A DNA stretch of 64,000 nt from Lentisphaerota bacterium (GTDB taxonomy: Bacteria > Verrucomicrobiota > Lentisphaeria > Victivallales > Victivallaceae): the NCBI GenBank assembly GCA_015061775.1, contig SUVY01000002.1, forward strand, positions 12,157 through 76,156, read 5' to 3'. The translations under genes were made by a program, and so were the position numbers. Below the pieces are notes generated by a model. The model had not been told where the DNA came from. It made no database searches and was given only the letters and a program-made list of their open reading frames with translations. Shown here piece after piece: positions 42,552 to 50,874 of the stretch (its first letter is position 1; each line of letters opens with the position of its first letter).

Positions 42552-43592
42552 ATGAGTAAAGCAAAAAGTGATCTTTACAAGGCTTCAGGAGTCGATATCG
42601 ATCTCGCGACCGAACTTCTGGGAAAAGTAAAAAAAGACCTCGCCTCGACCCGCAGAAGTGAAATGCTTTCACCCATCGGCGGTTTCGGAGGCCTCTTCCA
42701 AATCGATCTGAGCAAATATAAAGAGCCGGTAATGGTCTCCAGCATCGACGGCGTCGGAACCAAGCTGGTTGTCGCCGCAATGATGGAAAAATACGACTCT
42801 GTCGGATGCGATATCGTCAACCATTGTATCAATGATATCGCCGTTCAGGGCGCCGAGCCGGTCTATTTCATGGACTATATCGGAATCGGCAAACTCCGCA
42901 GCCCGCTCTATGAGCAGGTACTCGGCGGAATCGCCAAGGCGTGCAAAGCCGCAAATTGCGCCGTCCTCGGCGGAGAAACTGCTGAAATGCCAGGAATGTA
43001 CGGCAACGACTTCGACCTCGTCGGAGTCATCACCGGAATCATCGAGAAGAGTGAACTTATCACTGGAGAAAACATCCGTCCCGGACACGTCGCCATCGGT
43101 ATCGGCTCAAATGGTCTGCACACCAATGGTTTCAGTCTTGCGCGCAAGATCCTCTTCGATCAGTGCGGTTATAAAGTTACTGATTATGTTGACTCGCTCG
43201 GCGAAACCATCGGTGAAGCATTGCTGCATCCGCATATCTGCTACTATCCCGCGATCCGCGATGCCAAAGCGGAAAAACTTCCGCTCGACGGAATCGCCCA
43301 CATCACCGGAGGCGGTCTCTACGACAACGTTCCGCGCATTCTTCCTGAGGACGTCTCTGTCGTATTCGATCCCTCTCCGATGCCGGTACCTCCGATCTTC
43401 AACCTCATGGTCGAAAAAGGCAACGTCTCCAAAGAAGAGGCATACCGCGTCTTCAACATGGGAGTCGGAATGGTCTGGTTCGTTCCTGCCGATGCCGCGG
43501 ACAAAGCTCTGGAAATCATCCGTAAAAACGGATTTACCGCTGAAAAAATCGGTGAAGTCATTTCCGGAAACAGGAGCGTTGAGGTCAAGTAA
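42552..43592 (+). CDS. purM: Phosphoribosylformylglycinamidine cyclo-ligase (AIR synthetase)
   Basis: 346 aa. Motifs: YK.SGVDID, DGVGTK, NDI.VQGAEP..F.DY, GGETAEMPG. Confidence 0.92.
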   Translation: MSKAKSDLYKASGVDIDLATELLGKVKKDLASTRRSEMLSPIGGFGGLFQIDLSKYKEPVMVSSIDGVGTKLVVAAMMEKYDSVGCDIVNHCINDIAVQGAEPVYFMDYIGIGKLRSPLYEQVLGGIAKACKAANCAVLGGETAEMPGMYGNDFDLVGVITGIIEKSELITGENIRPGHVAIGIGSNGLHTNGFSLARKILFDQCGYKVTDYVDSLGETIGEALLHPHICYYPAIRDAKAEKLPLDGIAHITGGGLYDNVPRILPEDVSVVFDPSPMPVPPIFNLMVEKGNVSKEEAYRVFNMGVGMVWFVPADAADKALEIIRKNGFTAEKIGEVISGNRSVEVK

Positions 43593-45472
43593 TGGCTCCT
43601 TTCTCCAAAATAGCCGGAAACCTGTTGTCAGGTAAACTGCCGATGATGCCGGAGTTGAGCAAATCTCTGGCATCGCTGGCTGGTATATTCGGGGGCGATG
43701 ATGAAAAATCCGACACCGAATATGCCGTTCTGGCTTTGGTGAAAACTATTCTCGCAGTTGACGGAATGATCCCGGCTCCACGTCTGGATATGTTCCGTCA
43801 GCTCGCTGAGGAAACTTACGGAGTGGCAGCGGCGCAGAAAAAACTGCACCAGCTTATGGAAATCCAGCCGCTCGACTCCCTGCTCGAAGCGAAAAACGCT
43901 CTTCTTGAACTGAACAATGACGAAAAAGAAGAGATCATCCGTTTCCTTATAAACCTCTCTGTTGCCTCTGACAACAGCAAATTTGATGAACTTGCCAAAC
44001 TCGCAAAGGAGATATCCATTCCTGAGTTCGTTTTCAACGCCTTTGCCGAAAAAGCAGCAGAAGAGTACAAGCAGCGCACCCGCATCTTACGTTCAGGAAC
44101 TGGTCTGCTCGTCGCTATCATCGTAATCGCAGTCTTCATCCTGACTGCAACTTTGCTGAGATCTGTGATATTCGGACTTATTGCCGCGTACTTGCTGCTT
44201 CCTGTGGAAAAATTCTTTGAAAAGAGACTCCGCAGAAAATCCGGAATTGTGTATGCAATATCCAGAACTCTGGAAATCATCACCCTCCCGCTTTCAAAAC
44301 TTTCGGGCAAACTCACCAGAAAAGGGGATGAAAGCGTCCTGAACAAGCGACACAAGGAAAATAAAAAAATTATAGAAAAAGCCGTCGGGTTCACCGCTTT
44401 TTTCACCGTCATCGCACTTGCGGCAGTTCTTGTGTTCGCAACAGCCATGACTGGAAGATACGTCCATAAAATCAGCGTTTCAGTCCGAAATTGGAAACAA
44501 AGTGGAGGGAAAGTCATCTCCAAAGCCGAACTAACTCCCGCGCCTGCCCCTACAACTGCTCCGGGAAATTCGGAAACTGTCAAATCAACTCCTCCTGCGA
44601 CAGATGAAAACGTCCTGAACGCAGTTAACGGTCAGCTCGATACCCTGAAAAAGAAGTTTGAACGTCTTCCGCTGGTATCATCAGCGATAAGTTACATAGA
44701 AAAAGTCTTGCAGGATCCGCAATCACGAAACGAAATACTGCGTTACGCCGCAAAAAAAACCGGAGGTCTCGTCAACTTTGCGACTGGTCTCGTCGGCACC
44801 ATCGTGGCTTTCGTCTGTGATATGCTGCTCACAGCCTTCTTTGCATTGCTTTTTCTGCTTAAATTTGCGGAGTTCCGCAACGAAAAGAGCCAGAAAGCCC
44901 CTGAAGGCAGTTATATAGTAAAAGCTGTTTTCAACGGCAAATGGCTTCCGCGTTCAAGTGAGGAGAGTCTTGAAGAGGCTCAACGCATCATCAACGGAAC
45001 ACTCAACCGCCTCAAAGTATGGGTGAGAGGATACCTTACCCTCATGCTGGTCGATGCGACTGTTTATTCCACACTCTTCTACTTTCTGGATGTACCGTAT
45101 TTTCTCATACTTGGAGCGCTGGCAGGTTGCGGAATACTTCTTCCGTACATCGGACCTATCCTCTCGTTCTGCCTCACTATGCTGGTAACGCTCGCAACCG
45201 GAGACAGCTCTGGAGCTCAGCTCGCCGGTATCATCGCCAGCTACCTGATCTACAATGGTATCGTTGAACAGTTCATTCTCTATCCCGCAGTCATCGGTGA
45301 ATCGCTCGGACTTACCACGCTTGAAACAATTATCGTCGTTCTGCTCGGAGCGATTTTTGCAGGAATTCCAGGAATGATCCTCGCTCTGCCCGCTGCATCG
45401 GTCGTCAAATACCTTGTTCCGCGCATCTATAACTGCTGGAACCCGGTCTCAAAGAGGAACAGTTCACAATGA
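43592..45472 (+). CDS. AI-2E family (PerM/UPF0118) permease with an N-terminal TerB-like domain
   Basis: 626 aa with a TAATG overlap to purM. The N-terminal region of about 170 aa shows two TerB-like repeats (LALVKTILAVDGMIPAPRLDMF...; IIRFLINLSVASDNSKFDEL..LAKEISIP). The C-terminal part has 7-8 TM helices and the motifs LLPYIGPILSF and IPGMILALPAASV. Confidence 0.7.
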   Translation: MAPFSKIAGNLLSGKLPMMPELSKSLASLAGIFGGDDEKSDTEYAVLALVKTILAVDGMIPAPRLDMFRQLAEETYGVAAAQKKLHQLMEIQPLDSLLEAKNALLELNNDEKEEIIRFLINLSVASDNSKFDELAKLAKEISIPEFVFNAFAEKAAEEYKQRTRILRSGTGLLVAIIVIAVFILTATLLRSVIFGLIAAYLLLPVEKFFEKRLRRKSGIVYAISRTLEIITLPLSKLSGKLTRKGDESVLNKRHKENKKIIEKAVGFTAFFTVIALAAVLVFATAMTGRYVHKISVSVRNWKQSGGKVISKAELTPAPAPTTAPGNSETVKSTPPATDENVLNAVNGQLDTLKKKFERLPLVSSAISYIEKVLQDPQSRNEILRYAAKKTGGLVNFATGLVGTIVAFVCDMLLTAFFALLFLLKFAEFRNEKSQKAPEGSYIVKAVFNGKWLPRSSEESLEEAQRIINGTLNRLKVWVRGYLTLMLVDATVYSTLFYFLDVPYFLILGALAGCGILLPYIGPILSFCLTMLVTLATGDSSGAQLAGIIASYLIYNGIVEQFILYPAVIGESLGLTTLETIIVVLLGAIFAGIPGMILALPAASVVKYLVPRIYNCWNPVSKRNSSQ

Positions 45473-47394
45473 CCAGAGCGGTGTTTGTATTATCCGTTTC
45501 CGCAATGCTTCTGCTCTGCGGATGCGTTTCAGAAATTGGAGTATCTGCCGGCAACCGCAACAGTTACTCTCTGCTGAACCGTCCGGATGCACTCATGCCG
45601 CTCACATCAAATGTGCTCGCGAACTTTTCTCTGCACAGACTTTATCAAAAGGAGCCGCACAACATACTTCCGCGTCTTGAAAAGATATTTTTCAGCGAAC
45701 CGCGTGAGGAGTATCTTGCCGCGCTTGCCGATATATCCTCAAAAATAGGACAGCGTTATAAAAACAAACCCGACCTTGCTGTGCGCTACCATCTGAGCGC
45801 GCTGCTTTACAGCTTCTGCTACCTTGCTGTCGAGACTCCATCCGGACAGGAATACAACCCAAATGCGGTGCTTATACTCAGAATATACAACAACTCTCTT
45901 ACGGAACTTATCTCCTATCTGAAAGGACGGGAGCTGCTGGATAAAAACGGCTTTGAAATCACCGCCGCCGGAGGTCAGGTCATCACATTCAAGTCCCCTG
46001 AATTCACCACAGATGCTCCGGTAAAAGATATAGAAGATTTGCAGCTTTGTGCAGACTTTGAATCTGAAAACCTCATAAACAACAGCCGCCGTTTCGGAAT
46101 AGGTGCACCCTTGATCGCCAAAATGAGCGAAAATCAACATTCGTCAGACGTAAAGTTTGCCGAGCATCAGATGCTGCCGCTCACGGCGGTGATGACTTTT
46201 GAAAATAAAGGAAACTCCAGTTTTTCCCGATGCAATGCAAAAATCATGCTGATAGACCCGAGACGCATGGATAAAATAACCCTTGCCGGAAAAAAAATTC
46301 CGCTCGAATATGATTTTTCAACTCCGATCGCCTGCATGGCGGAAAAACCGCTTAAATTCAACTCGGTTTTCTATACACTGTTTCCTGCAGAAACAATCTC
46401 TCAAGAGGGATTGTACTACTTTGAACCTGTCAATCCGGATAAGATTCCGGTCGTGCTGATACACGGACTCATGTCCGACACAAAGACCTGGATGCAGATG
46501 CTCAATACGCTTGTAAGCGATCCGGATATCCGCAACAACTATCAGTTCTGGGGTATGACCTACTCAAGCGGTATTCCGATTTTCCTCTCAGCCCAGAAGA
46601 TGCGTCAGGCTCTCAACGCTGAACGTCAAAAACTTGTCGCGGCAGGGAAATCAACCGAAAAGTTTGACCGCATGGTATTGGTCGGTCACTCAATGGGAGG
46701 TCTGATAAGCCGCCTTGCCACCAGTACCTCCACAGAGGAAAAACTTTCAAGCATCTTCCCGGAAAACGATCCCAGACGTCACGCCTTGAGCGATCTTGAC
46801 GAAGAAAACCGGAAAGAACTGCTGGATATTATCTCCTTCAAGCCGCTTGATTACGTCAAACGAGTAGTATTCATCTCTGTTCCTCACCGCGGTTCAGATC
46901 TGGCAAAAACCTCTATCGGAGCACTCGGTGCGCGATGCATCCAGCTTCCGGCAAGTCTGATACGCAAACAGAAAAAAATCATCAACAATCTGATCAAAAC
47001 CGGAACTATCAAACAGGAGACTCCGATATTTACCGGCATCGACAATCTTGCTCCTGACAATCTTGCTCTGAAACTGCTCAATGCTATTGAGATGAACGAA
47101 AAAATCCCCTATCACTCCATCATCGGAAATCGTGAAGGATACGGTATTCCGGGAGGAAGTGACGGTATCGTTCCCTATTCCAGCAGCCACATTGACAATG
47201 TCGCAAGCGAACTTGTCGTCTGCTCAGGACACAGCGCACAGCGCGATCCGTTGGCGATACAGGAGCTGCGCCGTATCCTGCTGCTGCACCTTAAAAACTA
47301 TCCGGACTCAAAACTGACAAAACCGCTTGAATTGAAAATTCCGGGAAGCTTTGAGTCAACCGGAGAAAACATCGAAAAAAGCAACAAAAATTAA
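45469..47394 (+). CDS. Lipoprotein with an alpha/beta-hydrolase (lipase/esterase-like) domain
   Basis: 641 aa with an ATGA overlap. Lipobox: LLLCGC. Hydrolase motifs: VVLIHGLMSD and the GxSxG motif LVGHSMGG. Confidence 0.65.
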   Translation: MTRAVFVLSVSAMLLLCGCVSEIGVSAGNRNSYSLLNRPDALMPLTSNVLANFSLHRLYQKEPHNILPRLEKIFFSEPREEYLAALADISSKIGQRYKNKPDLAVRYHLSALLYSFCYLAVETPSGQEYNPNAVLILRIYNNSLTELISYLKGRELLDKNGFEITAAGGQVITFKSPEFTTDAPVKDIEDLQLCADFESENLINNSRRFGIGAPLIAKMSENQHSSDVKFAEHQMLPLTAVMTFENKGNSSFSRCNAKIMLIDPRRMDKITLAGKKIPLEYDFSTPIACMAEKPLKFNSVFYTLFPAETISQEGLYYFEPVNPDKIPVVLIHGLMSDTKTWMQMLNTLVSDPDIRNNYQFWGMTYSSGIPIFLSAQKMRQALNAERQKLVAAGKSTEKFDRMVLVGHSMGGLISRLATSTSTEEKLSSIFPENDPRRHALSDLDEENRKELLDIISFKPLDYVKRVVFISVPHRGSDLAKTSIGALGARCIQLPASLIRKQKKIINNLIKTGTIKQETPIFTGIDNLAPDNLALKLLNAIEMNEKIPYHSIIGNREGYGIPGGSDGIVPYSSSHIDNVASELVVCSGHSAQRDPLAIQELRRILLLHLKNYPDSKLTKPLELKIPGSFESTGENIEKSNKN

Positions 47395-47401
47395 AATATA
47401 A

Positions 47402-48220
47402 ATGAAAGAAGAAGAGCACATGAAAAAAATGAACCTGTCTGGCTTAGCAAAAAAACATTTGAAATTTTTGCCTAACACGCTGACCATATTCAACTCTATC
47501 TGCGGTTTCATCGCGATCATCTATACGTTGCGCGCCTATGAAACTGAACCGGGAAATATGAGAGTATTTTGCATAAGCGCAATAATGATATTTTCAGCGA
47601 TGGTCTTCGACGCTCTCGACGGACTTGCGGCAAGACTGCTTGACGCCGCAAGCGAAAAGGGAATCCAGATGGACTCGCTCTCTGATATGGTGACTTTCGG
47701 AGTCGCCCCAGCTGTATTGGTTGCGATCATGACCCACTCACTCAGAGACTGGGCAATGGACCGCAGTCAGGAACTGCTCGTCTATGCGCTCTGCTCCATC
47801 TACATCGGATGCGCCGCACTGAGACTTGCCACTTACAACGTAATGGCGATGTCCAAAGAAAAAAAGGATGGAAACTATTTCTCCGGACTCCCCTCCCCCG
47901 GAGCCGCCGCCGCAATTTGCGTTATGGTGTTTTTCGCAGCTTATTGCAAAATTCCGGTAAAATATTTTGCCATGATACTTCCGATTTACGCTGCCGTTCT
48001 CGGTCTGCTTATGGTATCGACTATTCCGTATATTCACGCCGGACGCTGGCTCTTCTCAATGTGGAAAAACCGTTTCAAGTTCGCTTTTTTCGTTATGATG
48101 CTGGTGATAATAGCCGTTTTCAGACTCAATGGACTGGTCTTTATCGTCACCGCTTACATCTTATCCGGCCCGCTCTTTGCGCTGGTGAATAAATGCAAAG
48201 GAGATTGCAAAGCAAAATGA
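47402..48220 (+). CDS. pssA: CDP-diacylglycerol--serine O-phosphatidyltransferase
   Basis: The CDP-alcohol phosphatidyltransferase motif DALDGLAARLL....EKGIQMDSLSDMV is present, with multi-TM topology. The alternative ATG at 47420 is possible. Confidence 0.8.
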   Translation: MKEEEHMKKMNLSGLAKKHLKFLPNTLTIFNSICGFIAIIYTLRAYETEPGNMRVFCISAIMIFSAMVFDALDGLAARLLDAASEKGIQMDSLSDMVTFGVAPAVLVAIMTHSLRDWAMDRSQELLVYALCSIYIGCAALRLATYNVMAMSKEKKDGNYFSGLPSPGAAAAICVMVFFAAYCKIPVKYFAMILPIYAAVLGLLMVSTIPYIHAGRWLFSMWKNRFKFAFFVMMLVIIAVFRLNGLVFIVTAYILSGPLFALVNKCKGDCKAK

Positions 48221-49176
48221 AGATATTTATCACAGGCGGAGCCGGTTTTATCGGCAGTCATCTTACAGAAGCATTACTCAATGCCGGACACGAAGTAGTC
48301 ATAGCAGATAACTTTTCTACATCAACTCCGGCAAACCTCGACCGGGTCAAAGGAAATCCCGGTCTGCAGGTATTTGAGCTCGACATTGTAGAAGCTCCGG
48401 AGCGGGTAGCAGAGCTGGTCAAAGAGAGCGACGCTGTCATCCATCTCGCTGCTGCGGTCGGAGTGGAAATGGTCGTAAAAAATCCAGTTCATACCATTAC
48501 AACCAATGTCCACGGAACTGAAAACGTGCTTGCTCCGGCAGCAAAGTACGGAAAACGCACGATCATTGCCTCAACCAGCGAGGTTTACGGCAAATCAACC
48601 AATGAAAAGTTTTCAGAGACCGATGATCTGCTTATCGGGTCTCCGTTCAACTCTCGCTGGTGCTATGCCTCAAGTAAACTGCTTGATGAGTTTTCTCTTA
48701 TGGCCTTCCACCGTGAAGCAGGACTTCCGGGAACTGTCGTCAGGTTCTTCAACACGGTCGGTCCGCGCCAGACCGGACGCTATGGAATGGTGATTCCGAG
48801 ATTTGTCGCGCAGGCGTTAAAAAATGAGCCGTTGACTGTATATGGAGACGGAGAGCAGTCCCGCTGCTTCTGTCACGTCGCAGACGTTATACGCGCTCTT
48901 ATGCTGCTGCTCGATAACAAAGAGAGCATCGGAAACATCTACAATATCGGAAGTCAGGAACTCGTTTCTATCAGAGAACTTGCTCTGGAAATCATCAAAC
49001 GCACAGGCAGCAAATCTGAAATCAAAGCAATTCCCTATGAAGTGGCATACGCCAAAGGCTTTGAGGATATGCGCCGCAGATATCCCGATACTTCGCGCAT
49101 CAAAGCTCTGGTAAATTGGCAGCCTGAACATACGCTCGCCGATATCATCGACGATGTCGCGGCAAGTTTGAAATAA
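48217..49176 (+). CDS. NAD-dependent nucleotide-sugar epimerase/dehydratase (extended SDR)
   Basis: Start at ATG 48217, forming an ATGA overlap with pssA. Motifs: ITGGAGFIGSHL, STSEVYG, YASSK. Confidence 0.8.
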   Translation: MKIFITGGAGFIGSHLTEALLNAGHEVVIADNFSTSTPANLDRVKGNPGLQVFELDIVEAPERVAELVKESDAVIHLAAAVGVEMVVKNPVHTITTNVHGTENVLAPAAKYGKRTIIASTSEVYGKSTNEKFSETDDLLIGSPFNSRWCYASSKLLDEFSLMAFHREAGLPGTVVRFFNTVGPRQTGRYGMVIPRFVAQALKNEPLTVYGDGEQSRCFCHVADVIRALMLLLDNKESIGNIYNIGSQELVSIRELALEIIKRTGSKSEIKAIPYEVAYAKGFEDMRRRYPDTSRIKALVNWQPEHTLADIIDDVAASLK

Positions 49177-49183
49177 TCGATCC

Positions 49184-49212
49184 GGCACGGAAATCAATAC
49201 CGTGCCTTTTTT
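49184..49212 (+). terminator. Rho-independent terminator ending the purB...epimerase string
   Basis: GGCACGG-aaatcaata-CCGTGCC, followed by TTTTTT. Confidence 0.7.
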
Positions 49213-49254
49213 ATAGGATATAAATCAAAATGAATTTTTTCAATATGAGGGCAC

Positions 49255-49283
49255 AAAAAAAGCGGTTTCCGGAAAGAAACCGC
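49255..49283 (-). terminator. Rho-independent terminator downstream of the tRNA
   Basis: The minus strand reads GCGGTTTC-tttccg-GAAACCGC-TTTTTTT, starting 14 nt after the tRNA 3' end. Confidence 0.75.
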
Positions 49284-49296
49284 GATTTGCGAAAAC

Positions 49297-49373
49297 TGGT
49301 AGCGGGTCACAGATTCGAACTGTGGACCTGCGGATTATGATTCCGACGCTCTAACCAACTGAGCTAACCCGCC
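49297..49373 (-). tRNA. tRNA with anticodon CAU (elongator Met, or Ile2 if lysidine-modified)
   Basis: The minus strand reads GGCGGGTTAGCTCAGTTGGTTAGAGCGTCGGAATCATAATCCGCAGGTCCACAGTTCGAATCTGTGACCCGCTACCA. Fold: a 7-bp acceptor stem (G1-U72), D arm GCTC/GAGC, anticodon loop AU-CAU-AA, T arm CACAG-TTCGAAT-CTGTG, and an encoded CCA. It lacks initiator features (no C1:A72 mismatch, no three G-C pairs in the anticodon stem). Confidence 0.9.
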
Positions 49374-49450
49374 GCCGTGATTATAAGATATATCCTGAAC
49401 ACTAACTTTGCAAGTGAATTTTTAAAATTTTTTAAAGAAAACACGAAAAA

Positions 49451-50665
49451 ATGTTGACAACACCCAAATCAATGCGCCTGCAGATCGTACTTGCAGGCAG
49501 GAGCAACTCAGGAAAATCAAGTCTCCTCAATCTGCTCTGCGGAAGTAAAACAGCTATTACATCAAATATTCCGGGAACAACCACCGATGTAGTTGAAAAG
49601 GCCATGGAGTTCCGTCCGTTCGGTCCGGTGCTTTTTCTCGATACCGCGGGATTCGATGACCATACCGAACTCGGTGAAAAACGCATAGAGAAAACCCGCA
49701 ATGCGCTGAAACGTGCTGATATTCTGCTGATCGTCAGCCGTGCCGGAGTGTGGGGTGATATCGAAAATGAATTGCTCGAAACGGCAAAAACCAACAAAGT
49801 TCCGGCAGTAGCAGTATTTACTCATATCGACGTAAATGCTCCTGAAGAAAACTTTTTAAATGAAGTGAAAGCAAAACTTCCCGTACTCTGCTGCTGTGCG
49901 CTTGAAGAGACTGGCAAAAGAGACGAGCTGCTCAATGAACTCAGGGAAATATTCACTCCGCTGCTCAAAGAGAAACTCAACAGCGAAATTCCGCTGCTGC
50001 GCGATCTGCTCAATCCCGGAGATACTGTGCTGATGCTGGTACCCATCGACAATCAGGCTCCGAAAGGAAGGCTCATTCTTCCGCAGGTGCAGGCGATACG
50101 TGATGTGCTCGACGCAGACGCTTCGGCAGTCGTCGCAAACGAAAACAACTTTGCCGCGCAGCTGGCAAACCTTAAGACTCCGCCAGCATTGGTAGTCTGC
50201 GACTCTCAAGTGGTGCACGTCATGATGGAACATCTGCCGTCTGATATCCCCGGAACAACGTTTTCCATACTGTTTGCCCGTCTGAAGGGAGATCTCCAGC
50301 TGCTCTATGAGGGAGCTAAAGCTATTGAAACGCTCGAAGACGGAGACCATATCCTCATAGCTGAAGCCTGCACTCACCATGCTGCGGATGATGATATCGG
50401 AAGGGTAAAAATTCCTAAACTGATTTCCAAAAAGAGCGGTAAAAAGCTCAACTTTGAAGTTATAAGCCGTGATTTTCCTGATGATTTGACAAAGTACAAA
50501 CTTATAATACATTGCGGAAGCTGTATGCTGAACCGTCAGGAAACACTTGCACGCCTTGAATTCGCCCGCAGCAACAATATTCCTGTGACAAATTTCGGAA
50601 TGGCTATTTCATTCTGTCAAGGAGTGTTGACCAGAGCGATGAGTCCGTTCATCAAAAATGCCTGA
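49451..50665 (+). CDS. hydF: [FeFe]-hydrogenase H-cluster maturation GTPase
   Basis: 404 aa. The N-terminal GTPase has GRSNSGKSSL and DTAG. The C-terminus has the FeS-binding signature CTHH...(about 50 aa)...HCGSCM, i.e. the HydF CxH...HCxxC motif. Confidence 0.85.
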   Translation: MLTTPKSMRLQIVLAGRSNSGKSSLLNLLCGSKTAITSNIPGTTTDVVEKAMEFRPFGPVLFLDTAGFDDHTELGEKRIEKTRNALKRADILLIVSRAGVWGDIENELLETAKTNKVPAVAVFTHIDVNAPEENFLNEVKAKLPVLCCCALEETGKRDELLNELREIFTPLLKEKLNSEIPLLRDLLNPGDTVLMLVPIDNQAPKGRLILPQVQAIRDVLDADASAVVANENNFAAQLANLKTPPALVVCDSQVVHVMMEHLPSDIPGTTFSILFARLKGDLQLLYEGAKAIETLEDGDHILIAEACTHHAADDDIGRVKIPKLISKKSGKKLNFEVISRDFPDDLTKYKLIIHCGSCMLNRQETLARLEFARSNNIPVTNFGMAISFCQGVLTRAMSPFIKNA

Positions 50666-50804
50666 ATGAAATTGCTGCATTTGGGAGACAACCTGTAAAG
50701 CTGATTACTCCAACAAAGCCATATTCAAAGGCAGCGTTTTATTACAGAAAAACAACTCTGAGGGAAAATCGTGGGCAAATAAGCGTTTTTACCTTGACAG
50801 AGGC

Positions 50805-50833
50805 TTGAAAAAACAGCGTTTCAGGTGTATATT
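50805..50833 (+). promoter_or_regulatory. Candidate promoter for nadB
   Basis: TTGAAA, a 17-nt spacer, then TATATT, 41 nt upstream of ATG 50875. Confidence 0.4.
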
Positions 50834-50874
50834 CCGACTGAGAATTGTTCAAGAAAAATTGGCAGATAATTTCC

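Noticed and set aside
42832-43635. A 267-aa ORF in an alternative plus frame over purM
   Set aside because: It is out of frame with the clearly homologous PurM frame, and its translation is Ser/Arg-rich.
43816-44583. A 255-aa minus-strand ORF inside the TerB-like::AI-2E gene
   Set aside because: It lies antisense to the permease frame. Its translation is low-complexity and Ser-rich.
49177-49450. The tRNA locus as a possible integration hotspot or genomic-island border
   Set aside because: No integrase, direct repeat of the tRNA 3' end or foreign-looking genes flank it. The neighbours are housekeeping genes.
50666-50698. A 10-codon mini-ORF (MKLLHLGDNL) starting directly after the hydF stop
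   Set aside because: It has no RBS, lies upstream of the predicted nadB promoter, and is short enough to arise by chance.
50666-50874. A possible NAD-responsive riboswitch upstream of nadB
   Set aside because: I could not fold or match the region to the nadA-motif consensus from memory. The CAAC-containing segments also lie upstream of the best promoter candidate. An Rfam scan would be needed to revisit this.
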